Shown: piece after piece, positions 24,845 through 39,131 of the stretch
Layout: each line of letters starts with the position of its first letter
Position numbering within the stretch: position 1 is the stretch's first letter
From: the human T2T-CHM13v2.0 reference genome, Homo sapiens
Length of the DNA: 64,000 nt
Strand: one strand, 5' to 3'
NCBI RefSeq assembly: GCF_009914755.1
Contig: NC_060947.1
The notes under the pieces: model-generated
Databases searched by the model: none
Seen by the model: the letters and a program-made list of their open reading frames with translations, nothing else
Told to the model about the DNA's origin: nothing
Translations under genes and position numbers: made by a program

Positions 24845-25195
24845 TGTTTTAGTTCAGGCTGCTATAACAAAATACTTTAGACTGGGTAATTACTAAACAA
24901 CAGAAATTTATTGCTTATACTTCTGGAGGTTGGGAAGTCCAAGGTCAAGGCACCAGCAGATTTGGTGTCTGGTGAGGACCTGTTCCTCATATATGGGGAC
25001 TTCTATGTGTCCTTGCCTGGCAGGAGGGGCAAACTCCCTCAGGCCTCTTGTATATGGTAACTAATCTCATTCATGAAGAATTTACCCTCATGACCTAATC
25101 ACCTCCCAAAGACTCCACCTCTTAACACCATCTACTTTAGGGATTAGGTTTCAACATATGAATTTTGAGGGGACACCCGTAGTCGGACCATAGCA
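24845..25195 (-). mobile_element. MLT1A-type solo LTR
   Basis: 'tgttttagttcaggctgctataacaaaatac...ggaagtccaaggtcaaggcaccagcagatttggtgtctggtgagg...gaccatagca'. Confidence 0.92.
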
Positions 25196-25644
25196 TTTTT
25201 ATAGTATACCATCACAGAAAGACCTGCAGGTATTTTCTTATCAGAAAATAAGACATTCTATCACTTTTCTATTTTAGTAAGATACATTATAGCTTTGTGT
25301 TTGTAAAATTGTCTTTCTAATCTCAGACTGCATTTTATTTCCATTTGCTGTTTGACCTCTTCAGCTTTTGTGATTTCTGATGCCACAGACTGCTTTTATT
25401 AACTTTAAACATTTACTTGTGATGCCAGAACAATTCAAAATTGATTTAGTCATATTAGCTAATTATCTGATCAATTCAGTGAGCAAATTCAATTCAACCT
25501 CTTTTTTGATAGAATTAGCCAATGGCTTAAATGAAATTTCTTATCAAATAAATAAAAGTTGTAGAACCAGTAGTCATGTAGACACAGCCATACTATGAGC
25601 TTTCTTCCTTACCCCATGTTATTGAACTATTGTAATATGTTGCA

Positions 25645-25722
25645 CATTCATTCATTCAACAAATATTTACTCATTGCCAATTATGAGTTGAGCACTGTGC
25701 TAAGTTCTACAGATATAGTAAG
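25645..25722 (-). mobile_element. LINE-2 3' tail
   Basis: 'cattcattcattcaacaaatatttactcattgccaattatgagttgagcactgtgctaag'. Confidence 0.8.
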
Positions 25723-26819
25723 TATCTCTCTCTTTAGTATGTTTACACACAGAATTATTCAAGAGTAGTCACTTAGTTTTTCCTACTCTATCAACATTGT
25801 GGTTTTAATAGCCATGTAGGGTTCATTTAGTTCAGGTACTTAATACTACTGTCTACAGGAGCCAGATATCTGAGGGTGAGGAGAGACTTTATGAACAATA
25901 AAAAGTAGATGATTATGGAGGCCCAAACTCTATAATAAGGACTATATACAGTTTACAAAGTCTATACAATGAATTCTAATATCAGCTTCCATTTGTTCTT
26001 CAGAAAGGAGCTAGTACTAGTCCTGGCCAATTATGGATCTTCTTGTGTGTGCCTTATGTTTGTACCTAATCTCAGAGTCTGATCTCTACCTTTTTCTTTT
26101 CTTGTAAGATCCTTCATTCTATAACTTAATCGTTGGCCCATAACTCCAGAAATTACTGTGAAATTGCTGTATTCCTGCATCTCCAACTAGAGTTTGCTAT
26201 CTCTGTGGTCTCACTACATGGATCAAAGTTGTTCTGACGGTGATAACCAAGATGACAAAGGAGTGCTACTTTGGAAAAGCCATATCTTACTTGGATTCAG
26301 AGCTACAAAAAAAAAAAAAAAAGATGCCCACTTGCAACATTGCTATTTGTCCATCCCATTTTCTGAGTAATACACTTAAACATATTCAGGTAATAGTAGT
26401 TACTATTTAATATATTTAATATGTATGCATTGCCAAACCTTGTGGAATATACTAGCATGAGAAATCTCATCCTCATCCTTTTACTTCACTTGTTCTCTAA
26501 CTATTGTAGTGGGTGACTGGTGGTTCAGTAGTTAGAGCAGCCATTAAATGATCTGGTGTGTTTATAAGATTCTCCCACAAAAACTTGTAACTATTATTTA
26601 GTTTCAATTTTTCAAAGGCTGACCAAACATCAAAATTAGTTGGCTGTTTATCTAGATTAAAATAAAAGGAGAATGTCAAAAGCAAATCTTTATGCCATTC
26701 AAGCATTTCATTATCCATTTGCAGGCTGCATGATAGGGAAAGCTTCATTTTGCAATAGCATAATACAGATAATTGCTAATGAAATATATTTGACACTACT
26801 AATATATGATGGTAGAATG

Positions 26820-26940
26820 AGACTGGAGAATTAAAATGTAAGGTCCTTGAGAATGTGAGCTGTATCTTAAATCATATTTTCCAACCCTAGTAACTGCACA
26901 GTGATGGGCACATAAATGCTCAAAAATTATTACGTGATTC
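26820..26940 (+). mobile_element. LINE-2 3' tail
   Basis: 'aaatgtaaggtccttgagaatgtgagctgtatctt...gcacagtgatgggcacataaatgctcaaaaat'. Confidence 0.7.
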
Positions 26941-28436
26941 AAAAATACCAAAATAATTATGTTGATAATTGGATCCTGCTCTAGCTTAGGGGTTTCATAA
27001 GGAAGTTTGAGAAATAGCCACCTTTTATAGTCTTCCACAAGGAGATATGTTATGCAGATGCCCAGATCCCCCAAAGACAACTGCCTTTGCACACTGTGTC
27101 AAGTGGGATTTAGGGTTTTGAATTACTGGTTGTCCTTCTGCTCTACTGAAACCTTAAGCAGAGGTTCTAAAAACATAAGCTGTAGATTTGGGACTAACTC
27201 TGCATTTTGGCACTTGGGATTACTATCACAGTGAAACATGGGAGAGAAGAGTTCCACAGATGGCCAAGCAGGCAGTATCATTAGCTTTAATGAAATCAGC
27301 TCCATGTATGCCCAATAAAGCGTGGGATGAAGACTAATCACAAGCATCAAAGAAGATAGTGTTTTGTGACTTTGTGCATTATCGAATGTATTCAAGTGTT
27401 AAAAAGATGACTATTCATTGCACTTGAATATGCGTCTAGGTTAATTTTTTTTTATTGAAAGGAAATTTCATTAGGATAGTGTTTATTCACATTGATCCAG
27501 CTGACTTCAGAATATGGTTATATATTTTTCTGCATCCAACTGCTATTATAAGACCCAGGCTTATATTAGATTTTCTCTGCTATTAATTTTGCTTACTTTG
27601 ACCTTTATTTCCTGTTCCACCTGAACCCTCCTTTCTGGACAGTTGCGAAAGGATGCCATAAATATCCTCCACAAAGGCACGTGTAAATGTGATCATATTT
27701 TCGTGAGTCTTTGCTATGTGCAGTGCACAAATGCTATGAAATAAATGAGCACTTGGATGACTATAGTGAGTCACACCATTAAGAGGGTGTGCTCAAGTAT
27801 AGTGTTTGTTGATATGCACAAATTAATTCTAAAGAGTGTTATCATAATTTGCTCATGGTATATGTATTCAGATTCTTTGGAAGAACTGAAGCCATCATTA
27901 GAAAATTACAGTATTATCTCAATATTTTAGTTGACAGGAGGTTGTAACAACAAACTTTCCCATTGTCTTCTAACTCCTCTTCATTGTATCACTGACTTTG
28001 TGTACTGCATAGCAAGAGATAAGAGGAGCAGGAATAGAGAATGGGTAGGACTAATGTGAGGAAATTTTCTGGAGAAGTCCATTTCAATGTTAGCTTGTAA
28101 AATGAGAAAGATATGTGTAAGGAGGCAGTAGAACCAAATTAAAATGCCCTGCTACATTCTTTTATGCCTTGGCATGAAGAGATCTTGGGCAGAGATAAAG
28201 CTATACAAATTCATATGGATAAAGTCATTTCCCTATCAGAAGCCACCCCATGCCCTGCCAAGTAAGCCAAGTTAGGAATGTGGTATCTGAGTCATTGTGT
28301 GCTTTCTGATGGGAGAATGAAGACTTATGAGAAGAGAATCTTGATGAAAGGAGAGGGCAGAATACCAGATGTCCTAAGGCAGGTAGAGAGAGTAGACAGC
28401 ACTGTAAGAGGATGGCCTGTCTTTCCACATATAAAG

Positions 28437-28641
28437 TTGTGTTGTCCAATGTAATAGCTACTAACTACAGGTGGCTATTTAAATTTAAATAAGCTAAAAT
28501 TAAATTCAATTAAAAATTCACTTCCTTAGTCTCAGTAGTCACATCTAACATGCTCAATAATTGCATGTGGCTAACTGCTGCTGTATTAGCACAGATGTAG
28601 AACATTTCTACCATCACAGAAATTTCCCTTGGACAACTCTG
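28437..28641. mobile_element. MER3-like hAT-Charlie MITE
   Basis: 'tgtccaat...gtggctatttaaatttaaat...gtagaacatttctaccatcacagaaatttcccttggacaactctg'. Confidence 0.85.
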
Positions 28642-29043
28642 TTCTAGAGCAATGAGCAGAAATAACTATTTGACACACTGGGGGCTGGGAGGTCTCTAGA
28701 GAGCTATGAGTGCTGACATAACCAGAAAACTATTTTTTGGTGAATAAGTGGGAACACCAATGGTATCAAAGTGGGAATCAACATCACAAACAGGTATATA
28801 TTTCACCATCCTGGAAAATAAAAATGCAACTCTGTAATGCTTTCCACTGGAAGAATAAATATGACCATATATTTCAATGAAGGTGATTGAGGGTTTCTTC
28901 TTCATTTTTTAAAAATTTGTGTTGATTTGGTCTGATGTTTTTAACTAAAGACACCTAAATGACTTAATTGTTAAACTGTCATCTATTTTAGTCTCATTTC
29001 CTATGTGAAACTAGTTGTCATACTCCCCTCAAAATATAATCTA

Positions 29044-29352
<309 letters not shown>

Positions 29353-30716
29353 TTATTCATAGGCAAGGATTGTGATACAGTTGTTCCCAGTAAGTCCTTA
29401 TTGAATTAAAAGGAAGCTGCCTGCCTATGCTTGGTCAGATGACAGCCACTAGTATTAAGTCTCCCTTTGCACCATTCCTGGCTACCTCAACTGATCAGGA
29501 AGAAAATCCATTTATTTCAAATAAATTTGAAAATATTATATTTGCTTGAACAAATTTGTTTCAAATGCTGCCTTACAGGAATTAAGGCATTCATTTATTT
29601 TTTCAGTCTTTTATTCAATAATGGAGCACCTTTCATCTTTGAGGCACTATCAGCAGGCCTTGTGGACTTTATGAGGTTAAATTAGTCACTCTTTGCCCTG
29701 AAGGTATTTATAATCCAATGACATATAATTACCAAAAAAAAAAAAAAAAAAGCAGAAAATGAAAAATCACCAAAAAGAGAGGTAAAGGCAAGGTGTTATA
29801 AGAAATTAGAGGAAGAAAGAACTCCTTTGGGGTTGGGAAACTGGAAGGAGAGCTGCTATTGAGTACCTACTATATACCAGGTTTTTAGCCTATGTAATTC
29901 CACTGTTATGCCTCCCCATGTTCAAAAGGTTCATTCTGTTATTGAAATCATCCATTTTTAGTAGTAGCTAAATATGAATATTCTTAGAGTCCAGTGGGTA
30001 GTGGATAGCATTTCTTGACTTTGTAACTTGCAGAAAGTCAGCCTCAAATCAGCATTTGGGAGTACCTTACCTCTTCCCCTTTCCACCTCTCTGCTGTCTT
30101 CCTAGAGTTCTGGCTCCATCATGCTAGTGGCCTATATGGTGGAAGCCTGTGAGACTATCATTCCTGGATCCATGCTGGTTCTTTCAGACTTCCACAGAGA
30201 TAAGGTTACATGCCTTTAGATTCATGATAATGAGGCATCTATAAAGAGAAATAAATCTCTCTCATACTAATGGTGATAATTTATTGTGTAAAACTTTGCC
30301 TTGGGGTGCTAAAAAGAACGTTTACCATACATAAGGGGTAAGATTGGAAAGGAACTATAGAGCACAGCACTTCCGCCTGCTCCTTCTCCCAGCATTCACA
30401 TGTATTATCTCATCTAATCAGAAAGATTTTATGGAAGACATTGAGGAATGTAGATATTGAATATGGTAAGACACTGTGTGTAAAAGGACAAATTCAAGTG
30501 CCAAGTTTGTTGTTGTTGTCACTGCTTGTTTGTTTTTTTGTTATTCAATCAAGCATATTACACAGAATAAATCATATATAGATTAATTCTGAACAGTGAG
30601 TCATTGAGTTTGAAAAAGGGGGGAGAATGTGGAAGGGATCAATGGGACATAATGCTGCAGAAGTTGGTAGGAAGTTGGCTAGGTTGAAGAGGGTCTGAAA
30701 TGCCAACTAAGTGGCT

Positions 30717-31069
30717 TTTCTTAGTTTGGGATGCTAAAGCAAAGTACCAGAGACTGAGTGGCTTCTAAACAATAGAAATTTATTTCTCACAGTTCTGGAC
30801 ACTGGCAGCCAGAGATCAGGGTGCCAACATGGTAAGGTTCTGATGAGGGCTGTATTCCAGGTTGCAAATTGCTGGCTTCTCCTTGTGTCCTCACATGTTG
30901 GAAAGAGAGCTAGCGCTCATGTCTCTTTTCATAAGGGCACTAATCCCATTCATGAGGGCTCTACCCTCATGACCTAGCCATCTTCCAAAGACCTGACTTC
31001 CAACTACTACCAAATTGGGATTAGATGTTCAACATATGAATTTTTAAGGGACACATCCAGTCCATTAGA
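30717..31069 (-). mobile_element. MLT1A0-type solo LTR
   Basis: 'aaatttatttctcacagttctgg...ataagggcactaatcccattcatgagggctctaccctcatgacc'. Confidence 0.9.
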
Positions 31070-31402
31070 GGTTGGAAATTATTCCATAGAAAACAAGTAG
31101 CCAAACCGTCATTGAATGCGACTCCAGCTTTTTAAACATGATGCATATTGCTTGTTCTCCCTTTTTATGAACTAAACTCACATTCACACAGACAGATGTC
31201 ATCTAACACAGTGGGAGAGGAGGATGTGTGGTAGAGCTGCCTACTTGGTTCATTCAGTTACCATCAGGCATCGAATGGTTCACATATGCTAAGGGGAGGA
31301 GAGAGAAACAAAAGAAATAAAATTGATGACCTCCGACCTGAGGAAGTTTATAGTTCAATTAAAGAATAGGTTGTGGCTACATTTAACATGAGTGAAAAAC
31401 AC

Positions 31403-31861
31403 TGTAGCAGAAAATGTTATTGAATACTCCATAGTCATTCTCCTTTTACCTTCCTATTAGAACTCCAATTTTGTTGTTGGCAGCAACCTGCCTTCTCAGA
31501 TTTGCTTACACCTAAGGTGGCTGTGTAACAGACTTCTGCCCAATGACATATGCTGAGATTAGGCACTACCTCTTCCGGCTTTCCTTCTTTTCTTGACTAG
31601 AATGCAGACATTAGGCTGGAAGTGGAACAACCAGCCTGGGACCATGAAGTGACAAGTACAAAGTTGGCAATCAAATGCCAAAGATAGAATAAAAGGATAT
31701 AATGAACCTGGAACGTGAATGGCATTCTGGCACAAAGCAGCCCTGGGCTGTTTACTTCTGGCTTTTTTGTTATGTGAGATGAAAAAATCATCCATTTGCA
31801 TCAGCCGCTGAGATTACATTTTCTGTTACTACTCAAAGCCAAATGCAAACCAGTTGATACA
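31403..31861 (+). mobile_element. MLT1J/I-like old MaLR LTR
   Basis: Starts 'tgtagcagaaaatg', contains 'gcagccctgggctgtttacttctggcttttttgttatgtgaga', ends 'gataca'. Confidence 0.75.
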
Positions 31862-33855
31862 ATACTCATGGAATAGCCAATCCCAGAGTGCAAATGAATA
31901 TGCAAATGCAAAGACCCTAAGGAGAGTTTATGGAAAAATTTTTCAGCTAGGTGTTTGAAGGATTAAATGAATAATTTCAGATGTTCAATAGCAAATGCTA
32001 ATGCAGGGTTGTAATATAAAATTATGTTCATGAGACGAAAGCATTTAAAGGAAACCAATTGTGAAATAAATTAGTATTAGGGGTATGAGAAATGGATGTG
32101 GATATGTAGAGGTGAAGAGGTGCCAGTGGTGGGGAGGAGCATCAGAAATCATGGGGCCCAAACAGCAACTAGAAAATCTTCCAACCTCGTTATCCCAAAA
32201 AGAGGTTGCAAGGGAATGACCTGGCCAGAATAGAAGCCCTTGCCCTGATATTCACATCCTTATTTATTCTGATAAATGAATCTATAATGTGTCTCAGGCC
32301 AAGCCTAAATGAATGCCATTCTTTTTCATTAGTAAGTTATTTAAAATCAATGTTTTCGTTAAAAGAAGCTTTCAGATGTTACTAATTTAAATCTCATTAA
32401 CTGCTTACTTTATTTTCCAGAGTTCAATCTAAGCTGCATCTTTCATTTAGATTTTAAGCTATAGGCTATATGTAATTCTACAAAAATGCCCTAGATAGAA
32501 AGGAAGGAGTATTTGAAGCCCACAGGTGAACATTAGTTTAGAAAGCTTCAAGCATTGCAAGTCTTTGAATGAGGTTTACCTTTATAGGCTACTTAAGGGA
32601 TGTCAAGCAGAAATAACTGGTGGTATCATAGCTTACAATGCTGGGGTTGGGGGCTGAGATCTTTTCTCCATCTTAAATTTGCAACTCAAAAAAAATTTGG
32701 TTACAATTTTTTATGTGTAGCACTAAAGGCACACTACTGTGTTCCAGAGAAAGGCAACCTCAGATCTCATTTTTGATGCCATGTTTCAGAATATTTAGTT
32801 TTAAATAGAGCCCCCAAATGACATTATAAAGGGCATGCAGCTTAAGGCAAGCTGTCATAGAGACTAAAAATTTAATACAGTTTTCCTCTAAAAGTGGTTG
32901 GCTACAAGCGTAACAGTGGCACCCTATTATTTTCTTTGCATAAAATTAACATATCACAACCAATAGTTATTTTCAATTATGTGGCATCAAATGAATCTTA
33001 AGAGATTGAAATAAGATCCATGGTAGCTTTGGAGGATTTCTGCAATTGACAGTTTGACACAGCATGGCTTCAGATTATGTCAAAACTGACAAAAGCATGT
33101 GTAGCCTGCTTAAAAGAATATTTTTTCAATTCTGTCTTGTTGGAAATACTTGCCATGAAGTAATAATAATACCTTTAATATGCAAATGATTATAACTGCA
33201 TTTATTACACTGTCAAATGGAAACTCAAATACCAGCTCTTTGTTTTACAACCCAGCACATCACACAAAATAAGAGAAATGACTGCTTTCATCATAGAGTT
33301 CATAAGTGGAAGAACAAATTCTCTTTTCCCTGAAGTTGCTTTCATTTTCTCTCAGATATGTTCTTTTTCCACAACTCTGAAAAAAAATAAGAATTTAGTT
33401 GATCACTGAAGCATTCTGACATTCAGATTTTCTCCTTAGTCTTTATCTCCATCCTGATGATCCTATATGTGTCCAACACTTTTGCGAAGAAAAATTGCAC
33501 CTTTGAAGGGGACTTTACAGTAAAGTACCCCATATAACTATCTTTATTCTTATCCATTGTTTGATCTTACTGCTCATTTTTAAAAACTTCCCAGGGGTCT
33601 CATTTTTTCCTCATCACTTAAACAGGAATAATGTTTTGTGCTGTTCATTTCTCCAGCAACCTCCACTTCATTCACCTTGGCTCATTTCATTAGCCAACAG
33701 TCCCTGAAGCACTGCCATCTTCCACTCCTTGCTGGAGAGGCCCTGCCTGGATGCGGTGGTTTTTCCACCATTAGGCACATGCGGTGGGAGGGGTGGAGAA
33801 GCAGGGGGAAGTAGTTTCTTCGTATCTTCAGTGAAGATACTTTAAATCTGTGACA

Positions 33856-34930
<1,075 letters not shown>

Positions 34931-35024
34931 ATCTGTGACTTTTGAAAGATGCTTCCAGCATATGGGCCTTCTCTATTTTCTCACAGAGACACTTTAATTC
35001 AGAACATTAAATACTTAGGTCTCC

Positions 35025-35281
35025 ATCATAGGTGGGAATTGAACAATGAGAACATATGGACACAGGAAGGGGAAAATCACACACAGGGGCCTGTTGTAGG
35101 GTGGAGGGAGAGGGGAGGGATAGCATTAGGAGATATACCTAATGTTAAACGACGAGTTAATGGGTGCAGCACACCAACATGGCACATGTATATATATGGA
35201 ACAAACCTGCATGTTGTGCACATGTACCCTAAAACTTAAAGTATAATAAAACAAAACAAAACAATAAACAAAATAAAAAAA
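35025..35281 (+). mobile_element. Short 5'-truncated L1PA (3'UTR only)
   Basis: 'tcataggtgggaattgaacaatgagaac...cctaaaacttaaagtataataaaa' plus A-rich tail. Perfect 16-bp TSD AAATACTTAGGTCTCC (35009-35024 / 35282-35297). Confidence 0.96.
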
Positions 35282-35350
35282 AAATACTTAGGTCTCCTAG
35301 TGTACATCCTGTACTCCATAGATTACAGTCAGAGTCTCCTTTCAACAGAT

Positions 35351-35352
<2 letters not shown>

Positions 35353-35400
<48 letters not shown>
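35353..35400 (+). repeat. (GT)24 microsatellite
   Basis: Uninterrupted GT run. Confidence 0.98.
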
Positions 35401-35402
<2 letters not shown>

Positions 35403-35711
35403 GGGGGTAAATTCATTGTCTTTCCTCTGTTTTTTCACTTCCCCCATTTGCTTCTGCCAATCTTTCCTGTGCTCTTGGCTGATTTCCCTTCTCCCATTGG
35501 TGGATCTAGCTACTTACTAACACCAATACTTCATCATTCCCAGTACTTTATTTCTTTGGATTATTCTTTACTATGATTTTTCCTCCCATCTACCTATGGT
35601 AGGTAAATGAGCAGACTTACCTTCAATATGGGAAGATTCTGGGCCAAGACATTTTGTTCTTTCTTTTCACTCCGTTGAATCACAGTTCAAACTCGTAGTT
35701 AAGATGTAAGT

Positions 35712-36330
35712 CTTCTGCTTAAACCCTTCAGTGACTCCCTGTTGTTTACATGATAAAAGTGTAGCTCCTTAGCCTGGTAAAGATGTTCAGGACTAGGCCT
35801 CAGTAACTATCTTCTGTCTCTGACTATCACTCACCATCTTCTTACTTTGCTTTTTAGTCATGAAGAATTGTTTCTACTTTTCCCATGTAACCCAAGTGAT
35901 TTGATGCCTCTGTGTCTTTGTTCACAGTGTTTCCTGTATCTGGAATATACTTTTGCTTATTGTTTGGCCAATAATCCATCCCCAAGTCCTGCCTCCCATC
36001 CCCAATGCCTGCCAATTTTAGTAGTACATAGTAACTGCTAAAATTGTATTGGTTGAATGATTGAATGAATGAATGTTTTTTGTACATCTCTCAACTTTTC
36101 TCAGGGATTCTTTCACTGAGTATATCCACACACCCTCTTCACCAGTCCAAGGAGCTAGTCAGGTACCTCTTCTTGCCCCCAAATCACCCTATATTCCCCG
36201 CCATTTATAACACTTACTATAATGCTGTGAGCTTCTCTAAAGGCAAGGACCATATTTTATTCTGCTGTGTCCCCAACACATGAAAGAGGGCCTGGCTGAG
36301 GACGGATGTTCAGTAAATGATTTTTGAACT
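35712..36330 (+). mobile_element. LINE-2 fragments (two 3' ends)
   Basis: 'ctgcttaaacccttcagtgactccc', tail 'ttgaatgattgaatgaatgaatg', and 'tgtgagcttctctaaaggcaaggaccatatttt'. Confidence 0.7.
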
Positions 36331-37089
36331 TAAATGTTTCTTGAACCTATTTCCTATTTTGGTGAATAAGAATCAGCAAATCCCTTGTCAAGTAAAACCT
36401 AATTTCTGCTTTTCTAACACCAAACCAGTCTCCTGAAGCCAGAAGATCTCTTAAGTCCTTTGAATAGTGACCACTATTTTAGATATTAAACTGAAATAGA
36501 GCATGTAAAATTTCATTATGAACCGTACAGTGTTATACTGATGAGTTGCATTATTATCTGTTTTGTACATGTCAAATGAAACTTCTCAGACCACTTCCAA
36601 TTAAGGCTGGGGCCCTGTACTTTCCTACTTCTTCCTTCCCCTGTTTCCTGTAGTCCCTAAAAACCCTAGAATTCCCCTGCAATCGGTAGTTGAGTACACA
36701 GAAGGAGGCAGGTTGGTTAAGAACTGTCAGAGTTGAGATTATTTACTAAGAATAGCATTAGCAGGGGTCTAACTTTATTAGATTCAAAATTGCCCAGCTG
36801 CTAAGGTGGCCCTGCAGACTCAAAGTAACACTTAACAGATTCACCAGATAATCCCAGCATGGCCACTTACTTTTAATCTGCTTTCCAGTCTTTCAGAGAG
36901 ATAGGAAGTCCCCCTCTATGTCCCTGTGGATGTCGAATCATTTATTTGGGGGGCCTAGGTTTACTACAGTGATCCAGCCTGCACTAATGTCAGAATCCTC
37001 TCCTTTGCTACTAAAACTATATAGTACCTCTCACTCATATCCTAAAAAATCCAATCTCGGCTGTGAATGACATTAACCCTGTTCTACCC

Positions 37090-37446
37090 TGCTATGGTTT
37101 GAACGTTTGTGTCCCCTCCAAAATCATATGTTGAAATCCTAACCCCCAATGTGATAGTATTAAAAGGTGGGGACTTTGGGAAGTTATTAGATCAAAAGGG
37201 TGGAGCCCTCATGAATGAGGCAAGTGCCCTCATAAAAGAGGCCTCAGGGAGCTTCTTTGTCCCTTCTGTTACATGAAGACACAGTGAGAAGGCACCATCT
37301 ATGAAGCAGAAAGCCCTCACCAGACACAAAATCTGCTGGTGCCTTGATCTTGGACTTCCCAGCCTCCAGAACTATGAGAATTAAATTTCTATTGTTTATA
37401 AGCCACTAAAATTTTTTGTCATAGCAGCTTGAATGGATTAAGACCT
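37090..37446 (+). mobile_element. MLT1A0-type solo LTR
   Basis: 'tgctatggtttgaacgtttgtgtcccctccaaaat...ccttgatcttggacttcccagcctccagaactatgagaa'. TSD TACCC/TGCCC. Confidence 0.93.
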
Positions 37447-37794
37447 GCCCCTTCCTGCAAACTAAATATATCCTACTCTGCTTTCTAGGATTGTCCAGGG
37501 GGTTCTATTCCCATTCCTACTGACCTTATGCCATATTCTTCTGGCTCTAAATTTGCATTCTAGACCTTCCCAGGGCCTTGCCTTCTTATTCCTGTTGGCC
37601 AAAGAAAGTCTTAGAAAATTTCAGAAAGCATCTTATAGCCCTGGTTTATAAGAGGGTAGAAAAAGGTTTTTAGCCCTACTCATTCCTTCTACCTGAGTAG
37701 CCTAGAGTTTACCAAATTTTCTTATATGGCTAATATAAATATTTGTATCTTATACTAAAGAAACTACCCTTTCTGGCTTTCTAGTAACTTAATT

Positions 37795-39131
37795 TTTTAA
37801 AAAATATAGCGACTTTATTGAGATATAATCCACATACCATGCAGTTCTGCCATTTAAAGTGTACACTTCAGTGATCTTTAGTATATTCACAGAGTTATCT
37901 TACCAAACCAAATTTGCATCTGTCCCCCTGGTGCAGCAAAACCAAACAGTGACATTGGGATTTGCAGTGAGAAAAAATGAGACATTTATTGCAGGAGACC
38001 AAACAAGGAGAATTAGACAGCTAATGCTTAAGACCTGAGCTTACCTGAAAACAGGTAAGGGTTTTTAAAGGTTGGGAGGCAGAAGTTATAGGCAAAGTCA
38101 TAAATCATTACATAGAAGCTACATTGGTTTGGCGTAAAAAGGCAGGACATCTTGAAGAAGGGTATTATAGGTCATAGATTTTGGATTTAAAGGTTTTCTG
38201 ATTTGTGATTGGTTGAGTAGGCAAAGTTTTGTCTAAAATCTTGGGGTCAGCAGAAAGAAATGTTGAGCTCTGGCATATGGGTGTGACTTTCTCCAGGCCC
38301 CTCAGGAAGACATTTAGAACAAAGAAGGGATGTCAGGGTTTAGTCCTCAGTTTCCCCAGAGCTGAAGTCTGTGTGCCAGTGGATGGCATTTTCCATTTGA
38401 TGGGGGTCTGGGTTTCTGAAAAACAACTCAGAGACATAGTTAACATGTTATCTTTAGTTTCTATAGGAAACCAAACATTCTGTCACTCTAACTTCCTTGG
38501 CTATTATTTTAAGCTATTATTACCTTCTCACTTATCAGGCTGCTCATTTACTTCTCAGGGTTAGCTCGGTGACTAGAATTTCCCTTGAAGGTACAGAGAT
38601 TTTCCTTTATTTCCATGCATGAGGGGAGGACAAGAAGAACCTAAGAGGGGTCCCTGCTTGTCTCAGTTGTGTAATCATTACCACAATCAATTTAGGAACA
38701 TTTTCATCATGCCCAAAAGAAACCCAGGCCTATATTAACAGTCATCACCCATTTCCTCTCAACACCCCTCCAATCTCCTGGCAACCATGAATCTACTTTC
38801 TCTTTCTATGCCTGTTCTGGATATTTCATATACATGGAATCATATATGTGGACTTTTGTGCCTTCTTTCACTTAGCATAATATTTTCAAGTTTCATCCAT
38901 GTTGTAGCATGTATCAAAACTTCATTCCTTTTTATGGCTGATAATATTCCATTGTATGTATATGCATATTTATATCATGTTTTGTTTATCCATTCATCTG
39001 TTTATGGACATCTACATTGGTTCAACTTCTTGACTATTATGAATAATGCCATTATGAATATTCATGTACAAGTTTTTATATAGACATATGATTTTATTTC
39101 TTTTTTGTATATACCTAGAACGAGAATTGCT
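37795..39131 (-). mobile_element. L1MB-like 3' end interrupted by an ERV1 LTR
   Basis: 'ctttattgagatataatccacatacc...tattcacagagtt' resumes after 38665 as 'gttgtgtaatcattaccacaatcaattt...ttcatccatgttgtagcatgtatc'. Confidence 0.88.
37898..38665 (-). mobile_element. MER39-like ERV1 solo LTR nested in L1
   Basis: The minus strand begins TGAGACAAGCAGGGACCCCTCTTAGG and contains 'GCATGGAAATAAAGGAAAATCT'. 4-bp TSD GTTA/GTTG. Confidence 0.82.
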
